From Eledone cirrhosa (lineage: Eukaryota): a stretch of DNA of 64,000 nt. Numbering within the stretch: position 1 is the stretch's first letter; each line of letters starts with the position of its first letter. Both the position numbers and the translations under genes were made by a program. The stretch is from NCBI GenBank assembly GCA_964016885.1, contig OZ024743.1, forward strand, positions 32,054,001 to 32,118,000, in the 5' to 3' direction. The notes beneath the pieces were generated by a model. That model saw only the letters and a program-made list of their open reading frames with translations. It was not told the DNA's origin and made no database searches. Below are positions 1 through 14,596 of the stretch, piece by piece.

Positions 1-900
1 GGGGGGGGATTCTGAATTAATCTTCCGTATCAAATTTTACATTTACTTCGTACGAGCTTTTATGTAGCTTGCACTAGAACTTTTGTATCGTGGCGGCACC
101 CTTAGAGATAGTATTAGTATTCTTTTTCGGGACTCTGAATTATTATTTCGTATTAGTTTACTTTTCTGCACTGGGTGGTTGCTGGCCTTGTGCCTGGGGT
201 AGAAACTTTTATTTATTATTTCGTGGTAGTTTCTTTAGTATTTTGGCCCCTCACTTGTTGACCCGTCACCGTAAGATATACTCGGTTTATTACTTATACC
301 TCTTAAAAGGGTCTCATTATAATTCCGTCCCACCTAGTATATTTTTTTAGCCCAGCAGTACCAGTGAGAGACTTAGGTCGTAGTAACCAGAAATTGTTTA
401 TTTATTTTTTTTTTTTTACATTTAATTGCTTTTTAACACTCTCAGTATTTTTCTATATATTTACCCCATATTGTTTTACCAATTGTTTCGACTTCTCCCT
501 CTCCCCTCCCTAGTATCTTCTTTGACCTCATGCCCAGCTGTAGTCGGCACTATCAACGCATGACTGGGTCTCCTCCACCCCCTCTCCTTCTTTCTCCTAC
601 TGGCAGGTTCAGCTACCCCTTCCCTCCACAAATTGCCATCATAGAATTATTATGTCTCAACAACAAACTTTTGACCAATCCTCGTGACAATCACTTTTAC
701 CATATATGGAATTACCCCTTGAGAAGCTCGGCTATTCAAATACCAGAATAAAAATTCTCATTTAGTCCAGAATTAGCCGTCGAAACGGCTTGAGCTCAGC
801 CGCCGGGGTCCTACTCGTTCCTATTACCCACTCTACTACCCTAAGTATTGAGTACTTTGGTGCGTTATGGTTCACCTGGTTCCTTACCACATTTCCTCCG
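1..900 (+). mobile_element. PLE-type 3' region/pseudo-LTR (family H2) carrying a hammerhead motif, ending in (TA)n
   Basis: 480-810 is homologous to 41185-41500 (-) and 765-900 to 26897-27033 (+). It contains an HHR fold at 714-809 and stops at a (TA)n tract. No ORF is present, so the PLE assignment is inferred from architecture. Confidence 0.55.
714..809 (+). ncRNA. Type I hammerhead ribozyme motif, U3-A8 core variant, cleavage triplet mutated to GCC
   Basis: ACCCC-TTGAGAA-G..CGGCTA..TAGCCG.C-GAAA-CGGCT(TGAGCTC)AGCCG-CC-GGGGT. Stems I, II and III pair. The other copies have GTC at the cleavage site. Confidence 0.55.
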
Positions 901-929
901 TTATATATATATATATATATATATCGATG

Positions 930-1856
<927 letters not shown>

Positions 1857-1898
1857 AGAGAGAGAGCAAGAAAGAGAGAGAGAGACTGTTTAACGTAT

Positions 1899-1929
<31 letters not shown>

Positions 1930-1934
1930 GCAAT

Positions 1935-2100
1935 AATAATAAATGTGAAGACTAAAATCCAAAGAGGGCTCGATAAGGATAAATATATATATCAAATATA
2001 TAAGAATCCTAGAGCAAATATTTATTAAAGTTCAATCTGTTATTTTAATAAATAGATGAAAGCAGCGATTCTTTGCTTAAACTTTAATGTTATTTTAATA

Positions 2101-2102
<2 letters not shown>
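1935..2102 (+). repeat. Short dispersed repeat associated with (TA)n
   Basis: GAAGACTAAAATCCAAAGAGGGCTCGATAAG...GATTCTTTGCTTAAACTTTAA recurs at ~26135-26250, ~33210-33300, ~39890-39970 (+) and partly at ~30565-30612 (-). Confidence 0.75.
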
Positions 2103-2187
<85 letters not shown>

Positions 2188-2199
2188 AGACAGGTAAAA

Positions 2200-2615
2200 T
2201 TCGTGAGATCCATAGAAGAGTTCTCTCCAGCGGGCTCTGTACTTCATCATCACCACTATGCCCCACGTCACCTGGAGACCAGTGTCTGTCCTTGGGGCAT
2301 CATCATATTTTATCCTCGGTCTCCCTCTTCCAGTGTGTCCGTGTAGGGGCTCCCAGAGGATCACTGAGTGCAGTGTCAACTCTGAATATCGGTGAGCATG
2401 TCCAGCTATCCTCAGTCTTCCATGTGTGACTTTCGAGCTGACTTTTGGAAGGTTCCTGTACAGCTCTAAGTTCTTCATCGTGACCAACTACTGATTAACG
2501 TTCAGAGGGATCCTCAGCATCCTCGTGTAATACAAATCAACCATCTAAGAGAGTCTCCCGGTCAGTGTCCAAGACTCCGTTATAAATATCTATTTCGGCT
2601 TTTCTATGAGCAGCT
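2200..2615 (-). mobile_element. RTE-like non-LTR retrotransposon, degenerate 3' fragment
   Basis: Minus strand reads YTRMLR..LN...LY..LP.VS.KV...RLRIAGH..R......VILWEP.HG...RGRPR..Y.D....DTGL, typical of RTE/RTE-X ORF C-termini. Confidence 0.75.
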
Positions 2616-2940
2616 TTTCAGAGTTTTATTTTAATTTTTGTTGGTGCTAAATATATTTTACACGTGTCGCGTGTAAAATATATTTAGCATAAGGAACACA
2701 ACGGATTGGATCATTGTTGTTGCTGATGTTGTCAAGACAAAAGAAGCAACACTGGTTTCACTGTCGAGAATTAAGTGGTATGTTCAATGAGTTACAACGT
2801 TTTTAGTTTCCTATTGTATTTAATTATGAAGTACATTTTATTATTGATACACATTTGTGCTTTTGTCGAATTGCCTCATGGATAGAAAGGGAAAACGCCG
2901 AAATGTATTAAGCTTCGTCCTTCGCAAGTTAGTATACATA

Positions 2941-3041
<101 letters not shown>

Positions 3042-3183
3042 TTCTGTGTAAACGTGAAAAACATAGCTCACTATTTGGGAGATTTGATGCATGCATTATA
3101 TCATATTATATTTCCAAGGATATACCACTAATTAGAGTGCAGAAGTTTCGACCTTAACTGTATTCATCGTAGTAGTAATGTAT

Positions 3184-3264
<81 letters not shown>

Positions 3265-3265
<1 letters not shown>

Positions 3266-3475
3266 CACGCAGCTCACGAAAACAAGGACATAAATTAGTC
3301 ACTGGGAGGTCACGTGTGTGACGAAAATGTGTGACGAACGAGCTTTGACAATAAACAAATAAACTACCTCCTGGTTATCATACTAGTAAACTGAAAATAT
3401 ATAATAAATTGATGTGAAAACTATTAGATGCGTGTGTTTCTAGCGGCAGCATGACCCTCCCAAAGTAGAAAATAT
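3265..3475 (+). mobile_element. PLE 3' end fragment of the family seen at 16040-16292
   Basis: Shares AGTCACTG..AGGTCAC..GTGACGAA and GCATGACCCTCCCAAAGTA. Flanked by microsatellites. Confidence 0.6.
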
Positions 3476-3516
3476 ATATATATATACATATATATACATA
3501 TGTATATAGGTATTTA

Positions 3517-3623
<107 letters not shown>

Positions 3624-5389
3624 CTGTGTTGACTATTTTGTTTATATTTGTGTAATTTATCCGTTTTTAATCTCTTAATACATATTATAATGTTTTTTCC
3701 TTTTCCCTCACATTTTATGTCAATATGTGTGCACAACATCGCATATTTTATAACCCTTTGCAACACATATATTTATGATTTCATGGTGTGCATGGCAAAA
3801 AAATGGATTATTATTATTGCTATTATTATTATTATTAATAATATTATTATTATTATTATTATTGTTGTTGTTTTTCTTATTGTTATTAATATCATTATTA
3901 TTATCATTATTGCTTTTTCTATTGTTTTTGTTTTTGATGTTCTTGCTGTTTCTTACCTCGGCAAAACGTGCTATATATCGCTTTCAAAAAATTCATCGAA
4001 TTACATGCTAAGCTGAACGGATTTTTTTGCTTGAATTTTGTTCATAGAAAAGTAGGTTTTTATTACTGCTATTTTTTTCTCCATTTGGGAAAACAAAAAG
4101 ATTTTAATTCACCAAATATTATTTTCTGCCAATGGCATGTCAAAGATGGCAACTAAGACAGTAGACTCCCTCTTCCACACCCACAAAACTACAACAGAAA
4201 ACAGAAATATAAATGTCACAACAGATATTTCTACTTTTTTTTAAATACAGAAGAAATGCAATTTTCACTGGTAAATACATTTCACACCATCACACACACA
4301 AACTATTTCAAATAAAGTTCTAATAGAGAAAATAACAACCGGTAGCAATGAAATTTTGAAATATTACTCAGCTATCATAGAAAAGGAAACCGTGGCCCAT
4401 ATATGTAACATAGATGAGACACTTCCTTTCATGATTGAAAGGCAGAGCTTTTTAGTTGCCTTCAAAAGAATATTCGGCAAAGTTATCGGACATAGTATGG
4501 AATCATGTAGTTTCTACGTACCTGTTTATTTTTATATATCGAGGGCAAAAATATGACAGGTGGAGATAATCTGATACACATACGCCTAAAGCATGTACTG
4601 CAATACATGGTCTAAGTTGGCACCCAGAGCCATTATCACCATCATGCTCATTATCACCTCTCAAGCGAAATGTAGGTAACTGATAAGTGTGGAGGGTATG
4701 AGAAATGATATGTAATTAGAGGACCACGAGGCCATTCCTGATATGTGTGCCATCGTTGACACAGTAACTAACGGAAAGAGATTTGAGATGCATGAAAGAA
4801 ATCTCAGCAGTTACACTTGTAGAAACAGTGCCACCTTCACGATTTCTGGATAGTAAAATTGGAGAGAGTGGCATAGAACAGCAGAATAAGCAACAAGGTT
4901 AGTTTTTGAAGGCAACTGATACAAAATTAATCTTCGCGGATATCACTTCGCCCTCAATATTAGCCCTCATCCCAGCAGGCCCATCCCTGTTATAAGTATG
5001 AATTGTATGTGGAGGTTGACCAAGAATAGCAGACCATTGCATAAATAATGATGAAAGGATGCAAAACTGAATAAGGCTAAGGATAGAAATCAGATGGTGT
5101 ATAAAACACCAGAAGAGGACCCAACACCACGACATAGGAAGACGTTACCGGTAATACGAACAAGCAAAACGTCCTTGATATGTAAAGATGTTTTTATTAT
5201 GACGAGGAAGATTTGGGTTCGATTTATCAGAGACGAGTGCAAGACAATGACTTGGTAGATACTACTTTATTGGTCTCTTACTCTCTAAAATAGTAATATC
5301 CAAAGGTATTTTACGATAGCCAAAACAAAAGAATGGTGCGCGCAATTTCAATATAATGACTAGGGTACTCTGACAGGAACTAACCGATG

Positions 5390-5535
5390 GGTTACGGCCC
5401 TTTACGGTTTGAGTTCAAATGCCGCCGAGGTTAACTTTGCCTTTCATCCTAACGGGGTCGATAAAATAAAGTACCAGTAATACACTGGGATAATTGCTGG
5501 CCTTGTGCCAAAAGTACAATAGAAACAATTATTAT
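5390..5535 (+). mobile_element. tRNA-derived SINE, 5'-truncated
   Basis: B-box-like GAGTTCAAAT, core GCCTTTCATCCT..GGGGTCGATAAAATAAAGTACCAG and an ATT tail. Confidence 0.85.
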
Positions 5536-5711
5536 GTCTTTTATATGATTGTGTTTTATTCTGCACTATTTGATCGTTGCTAATTAGTTTATTTGTTCGT
5601 TGTGTAACGTCGTTACCCATCCCCCTCGTATCTGTATAACATAGTCTTATTCAACCACATGCTTTAATGTTGTATTTTTATGTGTGAACCCTTGGAGATA
5701 ATAAAAAAGTA

Positions 5712-5775
5712 TTACTACTACTACTACTACTATAACTGCAATCACCACTACTACCAATACTACTACTACTACAAT

Positions 5776-5814
<39 letters not shown>

Positions 5815-5925
5815 AACAATTGCCACTACTACTACTATTATAACTACTACTACTACTACCATTTCTGCTGCTGCTACTGATGATGATGAAGATTCTGCTT
5901 CTGCTTCTGCTGCTACTACTACTAG
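5712..5925. repeat. (TAC)n imperfect trinucleotide microsatellite
   Basis: Seen directly. Confidence 0.9.
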
Positions 5926-6424
5926 TAGTTGTAAATTTGGTAGCACTGGAGTGACAGATACGATTCTGCACCAACTTGACTAAATACCTTATAGTATTAC
6001 ATTTTCTTCACATTATAGATTCACACCCTATTTTGGTCACCTAACCTTTAATCACACAGGACGTTTTAAGATGAGTGCTAATTGTTATGCAAGTGATGGA
6101 ATACTAACCACGATCTTCGTGTTCAGATGATCTGTAATATAACCCAGTCATTTGTTCCATCATAACTTAGTAAATGTTACAAAAACAATATTGTTATTTA
6201 TATACCCAAACGTGAGTAGCTTGTGTAAGTACGTGTGTAACAACATATTCAGAAACTACAAAATATATTTTTACTCTCTATTTCACACCATGTATTTGGT
6301 TTGTCTGTTTTAAATGGTTTTATTCGTATCCTTAAAAGTTGAACAATTTGTCTTCCAGCTATCTCCGTTTCTCAACTTTCTTATCATTTCCGCATGGAAG
6401 ATTTTGTCTGAGTTCATAGACTAA

Positions 6425-6870
6425 CGTGGCAGCTCGACCTGACAGAAATGTCAAACAAATCAGCCATATATCACACCTTATAGTTTTATGTATATAGATG
6501 GGTTTGTACGAGCCAAGAAGCATTTCTACATGTTAGGTAATCCTAATAGAAATATCGGGGCGAGATTAGAGTGTGAAACTTCCATATAGTATCTCAAACG
6601 GTTAGAAATGGCAGCCAAATCTCATTCACATCACACTCAACAATTATATGCATTTACAAACCAAGAGAGCTGAACCACGTTACGTCCATCCGAGGAAAAA
6701 TAGCAAATATATGTCCCTAGAATAGCCTCCTACATCTTACTCTTTTATATGAAAATGTTTATGTGATTCAATGCTGGAATCTGAATATACGAACAAGCAA
6801 TGATGCTTCAGAAGTTACGTAGATCTAATAGAAATAGTAGCCAAACCTCTCTCAAACGACACTCTAGATT
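6425..6870 (+). repeat. Old degenerate tandem repeat
   Basis: Motif TAGAAAT(A/G)GCAGCCAAATCTC..TCA.A.CACAC recurs in decayed form near 6440, 6545, 6603 and 6828. Confidence 0.5.
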
Positions 6871-8252
6871 CCCCAAAATATTGAAAAATACACCATCAGA
6901 AATATGATACTGCTTCTGATGCAACCCTATAAGGATAAATTTCTATATACAATTGTATCAATTCTCAATACTTCTGAACCACACTGATTTCTCAATTATA
7001 TTTTAAAATCTGCAATTTCTTGTCAGACCCAGATTTCTCATGGCCGCCAGTATATCACACATCCAATCGCTGAATGTTGTGGGACTGAAGCTGGTGGATC
7101 CTTTTTGGTTAAGTTTTTTTCTCACATATTCAACCAGATACTGATATTTCAGATGGTGGAAACATCATTTGTCACTTCCTTTCAGTATCACAAGGAAACA
7201 CCAAGTGTAGTGCTTATCCTGGTGTTTTCAATTCAATAAATGGTCAGGAAACTTTGTTTTAAATCCTACATTAGAAAAAGTATGAATACATTCTATATTA
7301 TTAGTTTGTGTGTGGCAAAATATGAAAATTATTAATGGTACTACTTTTATGTAATACTAAGACATCCCCTAGTAACCCTGTCAGTATATCTAAAATGATC
7401 TTACAGATAAAGAAAAAAATTATGTTACAGAAGCATACACATTTTAAGAAATGTGGCGAAACGTCTCCAATATGATTAAACATAGTTATTGATTGACAAC
7501 GTAGCTTAATGTCAAATGCCATATGTCTCACTAGATTTGTTTGGAAAATAGAAAAAGATGAAATCTATTTTTATAAAGAAAGGAACGGTTTATGATCGAG
7601 GTAAAAAAAAGCTATTAAGATGAATGGGAAAGAAATAATGACTGACGCAAACAGGTATACAAAAAGGAAAAATTAGGAATGAATAGAAACAAGCAAAAAG
7701 AAAAAGAAAAAAAAACACAAAGAGTAGTAGGAGAAGAATAGGAGAACAAGGGGAATAACAAATACAAATAAATGAAGGGGATTTAAATAAAATATTAAAC
7801 AAGATAGAACAAATAGAGAAAGAATACTTTTCAAAATTGAAAGATAAACAATTGGCCTTTTGTAAATTAAATTTATTTTTGTTGACAATTTAATCCAAAG
7901 TTGTTGAGTTCATGTGTGGTTTCTGTATAGTTCAACCTTCGGGAAATAAATTTGGTATTAAAACTTTAGATTTAAAAGATAATTGTTCCTTATAAAGACA
8001 TTCAAACATTGAAGCATTATTAAACTGTCAATGAAATGTCTCCATAACTTCAAATATCAAGAAAGAGTCTTTATCATTTAAAACCTTTATGTGTTCGCTT
8101 AAATTTTATCGTCGTAAAGTGTGTATAACCGACACATATGAGATAATTAAAGTCATCTACAGTGTGAAAGTATGTTGATTCTGTAAAATACCTAGTATTT
8201 TATCATCCAGCTACTCAATTCTACATTCACGCAATTAACATTTGAAGAAATT

Positions 8253-8384
8253 GGCCCTTGCCATTCTGAATTCAAATCCCGCCAAGGTTAACTTTGCCTT
8301 TCATCCTTACGGGGTCGGTAAAATAAAGTACCAGTAATACACTGGTGAATTGCTGGCCTTGTGCCTAACGTAGAAACAATTATT
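8253..8384 (+). mobile_element. tRNA-derived SINE, 5'-truncated
   Basis: Same core and 3' end as the other SINE copies. Confidence 0.85.
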
Positions 8385-8794
8385 TCTATTATTTCCAGTT
8401 CTACGTTGGGGTAATAGTGATAAACACAAGACTGTATTATGAATGTTTCTATCAAACACTAGTTTAGATGGGTATTTACCCAGTACAGTTAACTAAATAA
8501 ACACTAATATTTGCTTAAATACAAAAACAGTCTATGCTAGGCTGTGGTACTTAAAACTAGTTTCGTTGAATAATTTGGACTTAACTGTTTTGACAATAGA
8601 CACTGCACAGAGCAGAACTACTGAAACCTTATCCAGCCGAACGCCTTTGATCTCATATGCAATATTAATTGTACTATCAGAAGACCGCCCTTCAGGCGGT
8701 TTTCTACTGGCATATGTAGTGTACATATTGGTATTATACGCAAATATATATGCATATAGATATGATATGTAAACTGAAAAGCAAATAGACAATA

Positions 8795-9450
8795 TCTTCT
8801 TCTTCGCCCACTTGTTTATGAGAGAGTCGTGGGGGCAGAGTTCTCCTCAAACACTCCTTCCAGCGAGTCTGTCAGAAGCAAACATCTCTAACTGATCGAG
8901 CTGGATCCCAAAGTGTGACCAGCAAACCTCATGGATGTAATCCAACTATCTTGCTTGTGGTCTACTTCTGGGTCTCCTGCCCGTTGGGTTTACCTGTAAA
9001 ATCTGTCCAGCGATTCTTTCCTGAGACATTCTAACTACATGCCCATAGTATCAGAACTGTGATCTCTCAATCCAGAGAAGTAGCGGCGCTACCTGTAGTG
9101 ACTCTCTGATTTCCGAGCTATACACTTTATCGACTAAAGTTACTCCAAAGACCATTCGGAGGAACCCCATTTCGGCCGCTTGTATTTGCAATCGTATTCT
9201 TTCGGTCATTACCCAAGATTCATGACCCTAGGTAAATGTTCGCAGGAATACCAGGAAGACAGCGAGTTTGGCTTTCACACCTACACCCCTTCTGTTTACT
9301 GAATAGTGAAGCCAGTGCATTACTGCATCAGCTTTTGCAATTCTTGCACTTAATTCAGCCTCCTGTCTTCCATCACTCATGAATACGGCCCTGAGATACT
9401 TTATCTTCTCTACCTGCTTCAGTGGAACTCCATTCACATCAATATAAATT
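8795..9450 (-). mobile_element. RTE (BovB/Expander-like) LINE 3' fragment with (GAA)n tail
   Basis: Minus strand reads NGVPLKQVEKIKYL..., GHESWVMTERIRLQIQAAEMGFLR and GHVVRM....GRRPR.RP, with stops. It ends GAAGAAGAAG. Confidence 0.85.
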
Positions 9451-9689
9451 TGAGCGACTTCTGTCCCTCCGTGCGTCACAAAATGTATGCGTGTGTTTGT
9501 GTGAATGTGTGTTTGTGTGTATAAGGAATGAAGAGGATACACACATATATGTGTCGCTAACTTAAAAACGGTGACACACACGTCTCTAATTCAAGAACGC
9601 CAACAAATTCACCCACCAGCACATACACACAGTGTCCTATTACCACTTAAAAGCTTCAGCCCAGGCAAACATCCCCTCAATGTTAGAAC

Positions 9690-10360
9690 GGTCTAGGTTG
9701 TCCAGATGGACCTGACGGTCTTACTCTGTGCCCCTGGTCAAGAGGCAGGTGTCTTATCTTGGACGTCACAGTTAGTGACTCTTTTGCTTCTGCCCACATC
9801 CTGGATGCAGCAGTAAGGGTGACAGTTACAGAATCCGCAGCTGAACGGAACAAAATCCTAAAATACCGTCATCTGTCGGCCAACTACATTTTCAAGTCTG
9901 TGGCGTTTGAGACGTTTGGGGGTGTCAGGCTCTCTGACAGCGAGGTTCTTATCTTCACTAGTGGCTCGCCTAACTGACGTAACTGGTGATGTGTGCGGAT
10001 GCTTGGTTGTTCCAGCTCCTCAGCCTCGCCTTCACCCGAAGTAACGCTGCGAGCGTGCTGGCTTGCTTCAGAAATTATTAGAGAGGTTTTTCAGTGCGCC
10101 TCGCGATATTGTTATCTTTTGCTTTGGTAGCTGCTCATTTGTCCACCCCCATCGAAGTGCCTTTTGTTGTATGTGGTCCTATATGTGTGAATTACCTGCT
10201 TTCTGTGATGCATATGGTCCTAGATATGTGTCTTACCTGCATGTGTATTTTTTCTCTTACTTTTTTCCTTTCCCTTTCCTTTATGTATATCATAAATGTT
10301 GGTGTTTTCGTTCTGTAATCATTATATTATTATATTTTTTATAAAACACTAAATAAAACT
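9690..10360 (+). mobile_element. CRE-clade non-LTR retrotransposon, diverged 3' fragment
   Basis: PDGLTLCPWSRGRCLILDVTVSDSF...AAERNKILKY..L...Y.F..VAFETFG is homologous to the REL endonuclease at 12671-13132. Confidence 0.75.
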
Positions 10361-10627
10361 TCTAACAACAAATAATATGTGTTTGTGTGAAAGTATGTGT
10401 GTGTGTGTTTGTGTGAAGGCATGTGTATTGAATGTATGTCTGTGAGTGTATATTTTCTAAGTGTGTCTGTGTTTTCGCGATTAGTTATATACTTATACAT
10501 ATAAATGTATGTATATGCACATACACGTCAGCCCGTTGAAAAACGCCCTAATCTCTTTATATTTCTCTCTCCCTCTCTCTATCTATCTATCTATCTATCT
10601 ATCTCTCTATCTCTCTATCTCTCTCCT

Positions 10628-10664
<37 letters not shown>

Positions 10665-11260
10665 CTGTCTCTCTTTATATTTATATATATATATGTGGGG
10701 TCACTCTAAATCTCTGTATTATCTCTCTCTTCACACACTCACTCTTTCTTCCTCGCTCTGTCTATATATATATATATGGTAGAGGTAGTGGTGGTGTTGG
10801 CGATATACCGGAGGTGTTGAAATTTGAAAATTTTAAAAGAAGTGAATCTTGAAATAAGCAATAAAATTATTTATATTTATATTTAAATAAGTAATCCAAC
10901 TTATTATAATAACAGGATAAAAAATTGTATGCAGGACACAATCCCGCACTCCTCCCTTTATTATATTATGATTACCGTTCAAAACCTAGTAAAATGTACA
11001 TGCAAAAAATAAGGCATTTTAGTGAAAAAATATGCGGAAAATATGGATGGTTTTATCCGAAATCTTAAATATGTCTCCTTCACGCGACAACACAACTTAC
11101 CATAAAAATAAAAGAACTCATGTAATTAATTAAACAAAACCTTTTTCATTGAGCTATAACTTATTTTTCATAAAGATAAGATGTGATATGTATAATTAGA
11201 CACGACTCTATGAGTTAAAAACACAAAAACCTCTGCATGTCTGAATTAACTTAAAGCGAT

Positions 11261-11442
11261 TAATTGTTTCTACTTTAGGACAAATGCCAGCAATTACCCA
11301 GTACATTACTGGTACTTTATTTTATCGACCCCGTAAGGATGAAAGGCAAAGTTAACCTCGGCGGGATTTGAACTCAGACTGTAAAAGGACGTAACTATGC
11401 TAGAAAGCATGCCGCCCAACCCTCTACCGATACTGCGATCTC
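11261..11442 (-). mobile_element. tRNA-derived SINE
   Basis: Reverse complement of the SINE consensus, including most of the tRNA-like head. Confidence 0.9.
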
Positions 11443-11550
11443 GTGTCGTGTTCTTATTAGAGGATAAATACATAGGGTGCGGCTCAAAAAGCTTATGTGA
11501 GGATGAGAGCCCAAAGGGCTTCAGCAGACAGTCACCAAACTTATAAATGC

Positions 11551-11735
11551 ATAATAATTGTTTCTACTTTTGGCAAAAGGCCAGCAATTATCCCAGTACA
11601 TTACTGGTGCTTTGTTTTATCGACCCCTTAAGGAGGAAAGGCAAAGTTAACCTCGGCAATATTTAAACTCAGAACGTAAAGGGCCGTAACTCTGTACTGC
11701 AAAGCATGGCGTCCGACCCTCCACCGATACTGATA
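11551..11735 (-). mobile_element. tRNA-derived SINE
   Basis: Reverse complement of the SINE consensus with an ATT tail. Confidence 0.9.
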
Positions 11736-11876
11736 TCCATATCCTAGTTGAAGAAGACAGATCAGAAAGTTTCATAATATATATTGTTTGTGGTGAGCAA
11801 TCTTAACATTATTGCAATCTGAAGACTAATACTTATGTATATATAGATATATATCAATTTTATTTTTCTATTTCAG

Positions 11877-12073
11877 AAACTTTCGTCCATAAAGCTGTGT
11901 CCACGTGTATGTTTTATCCTGACCAAGAGTACAGAGATCGTTCCTTGATTTCATCCATCCATTAAACTGTTATAATCATAACAGCGGCATCACTATCTAC
12001 TATTTACTCCACATGTTCACAACGTGAAAAAAAAAATCAATAAAAAAAGGATAAATACAATTTCTACGTCCAG
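11877..12073 (+). other. Possible non-coding host exon
   Basis: Strong acceptor TTTTATTTTTCTATTTCAG and donor CAG|GTAAGC in apparently unique sequence. No coding signal. Confidence 0.25.
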
Positions 12074-12181
12074 GTAAGCAAACTTTTATAACTTTATTAT
12101 GCAGAACCTATCACACAAACCTTTCCCAGTGAATATATATAATCTGAAAACGGGATTTGATTGTATTTTTAAGATATTCAA

Positions 12182-12231
<50 letters not shown>

Positions 12232-12670
12232 AGTGAAATAAGGGAGGAAAGGACTCACGTATAATCCTGTAATTATTCAATGAGCTCACAGGAAAGAGTT
12301 TTCCTGGGCACTTTAAAATACAATATAGAGAGGAAAAGCACAGGAGAGTGTGTTTTCATTACAAGATTTTAACCACCAGCGTGAAGAGAATGTAAGCTAA
12401 TAGAGGTATAGGAGAAACATAATAATAAAAATGATAAATTAAAATGAAGAACCTACCTCATAACTAATATGCTACCGGTGCCTTGAGAAAACAACACCAA
12501 ATATTCAGCACGGAACAAATAAAAAAATCGAAATAACAGAAATAAGCTTTATTCCATCGTTATGGTTTATTCTGTTATTTATTTTTTTTTTTTTGTTCAA
12601 ATTCTAGGTGTCTGATGAGGTCATAGCTGTTGCATAATGGTTATCACCGACATATATAACAGCGACTATC

Positions 12671-13144
12671 ATGGACGCTGCAGGCTTCCCTTCCCAGCTC
12701 GAGCCGGTGGGGCTGGATCAAGGGGACGGCAAAAGGCCAGATGGCATGACCATCTTCCCGTTCCGCGGTGGCAAACCCCTCGTCTGGGATGCCACTTGCA
12801 CCGACATTTTCTGCAGCCCCAACCTGGTGCAGTCTGCGACTCACCCAGGTTCTGCTGCACGCCGGGCTGAGGGGGCCAAACTCCTCAAATACTGGTCGCT
12901 CTCCGACAGGTTTGCGGTCGTTCCCCTGGCAGTGGAGACTTCTGGTGTCCTCGGCCCCAGGGCGACCTCCTTACTCACCACCATAGGCGCTGAGCTGGCC
13001 AGCCGTAGGTGTGAGCCCCGCGAGTTGAAGTGGCTTTTCCAGCGCGTCTCTCTTGCCGTCCTCCGAGGAAACGCCTCCTCAATTCTGTCCGTCGGGTCTG
13101 TGGGTGGGCCCCATCGCGTACCAATACATTAGTTAAATACCATT
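12671..13144 (+). mobile_element. CRE-clade non-LTR retrotransposon, 5'-truncated 3' end (REL endonuclease)
   Basis: LEPVGL..GDGKRPDGMT..PF.GGKPLVWDATC..K..KY..L...VPLAVETSG..G..LFQRVS.A..RGNA. Close to 30990-31450 (-) with the same 3' terminus ATACATTAGTTAAATACCATT. Confidence 0.88.
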
Positions 13145-13240
13145 CTTTCATCTCATACATATATACATGATTATCTGAATAAACTCATTTCTCTTTTTAA
13201 TAAACGAAGTTAATTTTAACCTGCTGACTTACACTTATTG

Positions 13241-13308
<68 letters not shown>

Positions 13309-13887
13309 ATATCCCAAATATATGTATACACACTTTGATTACCTGTACAGGCAATATTTATTAGAATGTATATATTTTCTGGGAATACCATATGCATACA
13401 CACATGCATATAAATATATATATATATACATATATATGTGTGTGTGTATGTATGTGTGTGTGTGTGTGTGTATGTGTGTGTGTGTGCGTGAGTGTGTGTG
13501 TGAGTGCGTGTGTGTGTGTGTGTGTGTGTGTATGCATGTAAGTACGTATGTATATATGTATATTCACTTTTCCTTGTTCAAAGAATTAGTTAATCTAGGC
13601 GGCAGTTTTTTGTACCGTAAGAAATAATTAAACCTTGTGTAAGCCACATTTAACACTTAACGTATATAGTACCGATTCATTGTAGCATTAATCATTTTAT
13701 TGTAAATTATCCATGGAGTATTACATACAGCAAATGAGACAAAGACAGAATTCTATTCTTTCCGTGTTTTAAATGGGTTTTCATATTTACGTAATTCTGA
13801 TCATATGGAAAGCCCATCTTCAGACGTACTTGAAAACTAAGATAAATTAAGATGTTACAAGGGCATTATAGTATATATATATATATA

Positions 13888-14176
13888 TAAGGAAAAGATA
13901 AAATTGAAAATGCAACTGGAGTTTTTTTTTTTAAATATATATTTATTTGGTTCCTTTACCGGTTTCCCAGTTCTTCTGCTTGTCAAAAGTAGAATTGAGA
14001 TGGAGGGTTTGTGGTTTTTCTCACATATGGTGAAGAACTGTGAAACCGGTAAATGAACCAAATAAATATATATTTAAAAAAAACAGACTCCAGTTGCATT
14101 TTTGATTTCATCTTTTTTCCTTATACTTTCACTCGTGTACACCTCGTTTTATTTTCATTTTGTAAAAAAACCTCAC

Positions 14177-14182
<6 letters not shown>
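13888..14182. mobile_element. Non-autonomous palindromic twin-hammerhead element (family H1), copy 1 with internal deletion in the right arm
   Basis: Inverted arms, a minus-strand HHR at 13954-13989 (core TTGACAA), a ~60-nt unpaired tail and (TA)n flanks. Confidence 0.75.
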
Positions 14183-14215
<33 letters not shown>

Positions 14216-14596
14216 TTTTAATATAGAAGAGCTTCTATATTAAAACTTTTATACTCTGCTATGTATTGAGTACCTTACTTATTGTGGTTACCTACGATTC
14301 AAACCGGAACAACTTATATATATATATATACTACGACTACTATATATATATATATACTATATATATATATATATATATACTATATAGTGACGAAACATAA
14401 GTCAATAGCAAGACCTCATAATCCTTTATTTACTGCTATATATATTTCGATGATAGCCACTCTCTCCTACCACCTTAAAAGATATAAATACCACAATATT
14501 TATTTTGGACAGCGACATTCCTGATGATTTATAAGGAATGAAACAATTCTAGTCCTGTAGAATCTCATATATATATAATAGTATATATATATATAT

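Noticed and set aside
4356-4556. ORF with ICNIDET resembling a pogo DDE motif
   Set aside because: A single short motif without colinear support.
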